Source: Octopus sinensis
Taxonomy: Eukaryota
Direction: 5' to 3'
Assembly (NCBI RefSeq): GCF_006345805.1
Contig: NW_021825540.1
Span: 1-12,754 of the forward strand
Length of the DNA: 12,754 nt
Each line of letters opens with the position of its first letter. Position 1 is the first letter of the stretch. Position numbers and translations under genes: made by a program. Below the pieces are notes generated by a model. It worked only from the letters and a program-made list of their open reading frames with translations. It was not told where the DNA came from and made no database searches. Positions 8,383 through 12,754 of this stretch are shown one piece after another.

Positions 8383-8457
8383 ATGTGTGCGTGTATGTAT
8401 GTATGTATGTATGTATTTATGTGTGAGTGTATGTATGTATGTATGTGTGCGTGTATG

Positions 8458-8488
<31 letters not shown>

Positions 8489-8910
8489 TTGTGTGTGTGT
8501 ATGTATGTATGTATGTATGTATGTGTGCGTGTATGTATGTATGTGTGCGTGTATGTATGTATGTATGTATGTATGTATTTATGTGTCTATGTATGTATGT
8601 ATGTATGTATGTATGTATGTATGTATGTGTGTATGTATGTATGTATGTGTGTGTGTGTATGTATGAATGTATGTATGTATGTATGTATGTATGTATGTAT
8701 GTGTGCGTGTATGTATGTATATATGTATGTAGGTATGTATGTATGTAGGTATGTATGTATGCATGCATGTATATATGTATGTATGCATGCATGTATGTAT
8801 GTATGTATGTATGTATGTATGTATGTGTGTGTGTGTATGTATGAATGTATGTATGTATGTATGTATGTATGTATGTATGTATGTATGTGTGCGTGTATGT
8901 ATGTATGTGT
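8251..8910. repeat. Long imperfect (TATG)n array
   Basis: Direct reading, with recurring GTGTGCGTG and TATTTATG variants; explains ORFs 8245-8974. Confidence 0.95.
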
Positions 8911-8935
8911 GAATGTAAACAGGTAAACATATACG

Positions 8936-9628
8936 TATTCTTTTATTCGTTTCAGTCATTTTGACTGCGGCCATGCTGCTGCACCGCCTTTAGTCGAGCA
9001 AATCGACGCCAGGACTTATTCTATCGGTCTCTTATGTCGAACCTCCAGGTTACGGGGACGTAAACATACCAGTATTGATGTAAAGTGATGTTGGGACACA
9101 CACACACAAACATATACACACACACATACATACATACATACATACATCTTTATATATAAAACTGAAGTTGTGTGTGTGAGAGTCTGTCTCCTCTGATTTA
9201 GATTCCTAGCTACTCCCACATTTTGCGGTGCAGTTTAACCAAAAGCGGGTATCTTATAGTCGTGATTCATATCGAGCCCTTCTGGGTATTAGCGCGTGTC
9301 TATGATGAGTCTACGATGATAAAAAAAGTACCATCATTTTTTCGCATTTTAATGCATTTTTGCTCGGTTTATATAAGGGAAATAACTCTCTAAAAATGCT
9401 TATATTGTTATTTCCCTTACAAACCCGAGCAACGCCTGGCGATACTGCTAGTATTATATATATACAATGGGCTTCTTTCAGTTTCCGTCTACCAAATCCG
9501 CTCACAAGGTTTTGGTCGGCCCGAGGCTATAGTAGAAGACACTTGCCCAAGGTGCCACGCAGTGGGACTGAACCTGGAGCCATGTGGTTGGTTAGCAAGC
9601 TACTTACCACACAGCCACTCCTGCGCCT
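8936..9628 (-). mobile_element. tRNA-derived Octopus-type SINE split by a Helitron (head 9628-9452, tail 9146-8936)
   Basis: Head AGGCGCAGGAGTGGCTGTGTGGTAAG, B-box-like GGTTCAGTCCC, core GGCACCTTGGGCAAGTGTCTT, internal TA/CA microsatellite, tail ending ..GACTGAAACGAATAAAAGAATA. That head and tail form one family unit is recalled from octopus repeats; not assigned among OK/OR1/OR2. Confidence 0.8.
9147..9451 (+). mobile_element. Non-autonomous Helitron, 305 bp
   Basis: 5' TCTTTATATATAAAA, 3' degenerate GC hairpin CCCGAGCAACGCCTGG (9424-9439), 8 nt, then CTAG (9448-9451). Sits between A9146 and T9452 with no TSD. Confidence 0.85.
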
Positions 9629-9645
9629 ACGCGTACATACATATT

Positions 9646-9688
9646 ATGGGCTTCCACACAGTTTCCGCCTTTCAGTTTCACTCAAAAG
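9646..9688 (-). mobile_element. Short diverged SINE fragment
   Basis: atgggcttccacacagtttccgcctttcagtttcactcaaaag resembles atgggcttctttcagtttccgtctaccaaatccgctcacaagg at 9467-9509. Confidence 0.55.
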
Positions 9689-9918
9689 TGAGACTCTTTT
9701 GGCATCTTGCCCTACGAGAAGAAATTTTGCAGCCCTTTACAATTGTACCGGGCCGGGGGAATACTCCTAATTTTGCTCCCGTTTGCTTTGATTTTCATAT
9801 ATTCAAGTTTCCCTTTCTCCGTTCTGTTCTGTGTACATGGACATTGTTATTAAAACTCTCATAAATATTTGCTACTTTCTAAGAAAATGCATCGAGTTGC
9901 ATGCAATGAAAACCCCTG

Positions 9919-9949
<31 letters not shown>

Positions 9950-10115
9950 TTAAAAATTTTTTTAGAAATTTTATCCCCCCTTTTTTGTCCTCCTTCTTTC
10001 CTTTTACGATCCTTTTTGATCGAAAACCAAACCCCCTTTTTTACCCCCAAAAGAAAAGCTCTACCTTGTAATTTGTCCTGTCTGTGTGCAGCCCTGTGTG
10101 GCTAATAAAGAAACA

Positions 10116-10116
<1 letters not shown>

Positions 10117-10193
<77 letters not shown>

Positions 10194-10204
10194 CCTATCT
10201 ATCC

Positions 10205-10262
<58 letters not shown>

Positions 10263-10273
10263 TTATCTATCTA
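10117..10273. repeat. (TCTA)n microsatellite
   Basis: Direct reading; further TCTA/TCTG at ~9920-9945 and 10480-10592, TACA at ~10640-10740. Confidence 0.95.
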
Positions 10274-10478
10274 CTAAACCTACTTAACTATGTATGTATG
10301 TATAGATGTATGCTGGTAAGTTTGCATACAAGCATACATATATAGTCAAGTGTGTAGTAGAGAAAGTAGTATAGATAGAAAGACTGGTAGATAGATGATG
10401 TCAATCAATCAATCAATGAATTGATCAATCAATCACTCTACCTACCTATCTTTCCCCACCTCCCTCTCCATTCATCTT

Positions 10479-10586
<108 letters not shown>

Positions 10587-10832
10587 TCTATCTAAATATA
10601 CATGCATATATACACACGCACACATTTATATATACACCCATACATACATACGTACACACATACATACATAATACATACATACGTATGTACATACATACAT
10701 ACATACATACATACATGCATACATACATACATACAGATATATACATAAATGCTTGCATACATTTATGAATAAAAGTACAGACATTCATGTCGTCTACTGC
10801 TCTTCTGAATACCAAGCAAGATCTCATTAGTT

Positions 10833-10877
<45 letters not shown>

Positions 10878-10891
10878 GGGGAGAGAGAGAG
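10833..10891. repeat. (GA)n microsatellite
   Basis: Direct reading; (GAAA)n follows at ~11076-11141. Confidence 0.95.
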
Positions 10892-11305
10892 CAATGGCTA
10901 AGGGACATATTTTGCAGCAGAAATGGCATTCTGAGGACATCGAAGATTTTCGTTACGATAGAATTATATTTTGTTCTTATCATTCTTTAAACTTTTACAA
11001 AGGTCATTTTTGATGCCGAAATACCATTTGAACTTTATACAACGTATAATGGAAGATCAATGTGAAAACACGTACAAAGAAAGAAAGAAAGAAAGAAAGA
11101 AGGAAAGAAAGAAGGAAAGAAAGAAGGAAAGAAAGAAAGAAATGAGAAGAAATAGAAGAAATTATTGTGTCTAGGTTTCTAATTCATCGAAAGATGTTTA
11201 ACAATAATTCTATAAAGCATATATAAAGTGTTTTGAGTATTATTTCAATCACTCTCCGTCTCTCTCTCTCTCTCTCTCTCGCCTACACATTCACACATGC
11301 ATATT

Positions 11306-11338
<33 letters not shown>

Positions 11339-11521
11339 ACTCATACATACATGCATACATACATTTACACCTCCGTCGCTGAAGAGGCTATGCACTTCCG
11401 GCCACCACGACTGAAGAGTCGTGAACATTGTCTTGTGGCGATATTCAGCACAACCTGGTGGTGGCATTCTGACGAGTTATATGTCATGACCAGCAATGCA
11501 TACACACACCCATACACACAC

Positions 11522-11924
11522 CCATACATACATACATACATACATACATACATACATACATACATACATACATACATACATACATAGGTACATACATACA
11601 TACATGCATGCATGCATACATACATACATACATACATACATTCATGCATACATACATACATACATACATACATACATACATGCATACATAGGTACATACG
11701 TACATACATGCATACATACATACATACATGCATACATAGGTACATACGTACATACATGCATACATACATACATACATGCATACATGCATACATACATACA
11801 TGCATACATACATACATACATACGTACATACGTATATACATACATACATGCATACATACATACATACATACATACATACATGCATACATAGGTACATACG
11901 TACATACATGCATACATACATACA

Positions 11925-11955
<31 letters not shown>

Positions 11956-12140
11956 GTATATACACACATTACAACATACATGCACACATGCATACATACA
12001 TACATGCATGCATACATGCATACATACATACATACATACATATATATGTATATACACACATACGTACATACACATTACATACATACATGCACACATGCAT
12101 ACATACATACATGCATATATACATACATGCAAACATACAT
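11522..12140. repeat. Long imperfect (TACA)n array with higher-order unit
   Basis: The variant TAGGTACATACGTACATACATGCA recurs at ~11689, ~11737 (48-bp spacing) and ~11889. Confidence 0.95.
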
Positions 12141-12400
12141 GACTGATTTGTACATTACAAGTCCAACTTGTGAGTGGAACAGTAAAAATATGCAAGACTT
12201 TTCTCATGTTCTAAATGTGAATTTGTCTGTGCTAACAATATCTTAAAGAAGGAGCCTTTTATCTTTGTTGCAAACCGGCTCCCTCCTCAGTGGAAGGTGT
12301 ATTATAATTAAAAAATAGAAATGACACACACACATACATAATACATACATACATACGTACATGCATGTATGTATATATGCATGAATGTGTGTATGTATGT

Positions 12401-12754
12401 CATTCAGTTTTATTTCAAGATTTCTTGCCAATTGAGAAAGAGCTGGTTTCTAACCTAGATCCAAGGCTCTTTCATTGGAATTTCTACAACATCAACAGGG
12501 TATTTTAATATATATGTATGTATACGTGCAGATTTGTATGTTTTGTTTTATGTATACATTTTCATGCATATAGTTGCATGTCTAAACATGTTTATATATA
12601 TCATACTTAAATGATAAACTTCAGGAAAGTTTTACAGATTTTTACAGTTCCAGTGATGGATTGGATCTGAAGTCTTCGAATCAGCTTTCTTCTTCCTGGT
12701 TTTGAGAAGACTAAGTTTTCAAGATAGATATTTAGACAGTGTGTTACGTATCCC
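12401..12754 (-). mobile_element. 3' end of a second R4-like restriction-like-endonuclease non-LTR retrotransposon (runs off the window)
   Basis: 12753-12607 translates GYVTHCLNIYLENLVFSKPGRRKLIRRLQIQSITGTVKICKTFLKFII*, matching the RLE C-terminal pattern G....L...L..LG......I..LQ.....GT..I...FL. The 3'UTR ends AAATAAAACTGAATG|ACATACATAC. Confidence 0.75.

Noticed and set aside
9946-10080. Homopolymer-rich pyrimidine stretch between TCTA arrays
   Set aside because: Looks like low-complexity or low-quality consensus sequence; no motif or ORF support.
11003-11061. Possible + strand exon VIFDAEIPFELYTTYNGRS
   Set aside because: AAG acceptor, weak donors, no partner exons and no recognisable homology.

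Overview
Eukaryotic genomic DNA, very rich in microsatellites and repeats. The SINE families look like those of Octopus (inferred from recalled repeat sequence, not a database search). Almost all ORFs in the supplied track are microsatellite translation artefacts. Real content: (1) a candidate 3-exon protein-coding gene on the minus strand (8169-8078, 6802-6765, 6021-5804 or on to a stop at 5738) with consistent splice phases and no recognisable homolog; (2) tRNA-derived SINEs, one with a perfect 14-bp TSD, one nested in another, one split by a 305-bp non-autonomous Helitron; (3) an (AAT)n array holding the 3' end of a Dong/R4-type retrotransposon and two diverged copies of an unclassified ~550-bp element; (4) a decayed Penelope-like GIY-YIG endonuclease frame; (5) a second R4-like 3' end abutting a (CATA)n tract; (6) a ~80% identical duplicated block whose copies share an aligned in-frame TGA; (7) a cluster of three degenerate hammerhead-like cores. 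No CRISPR, rRNA or true tRNA genes.
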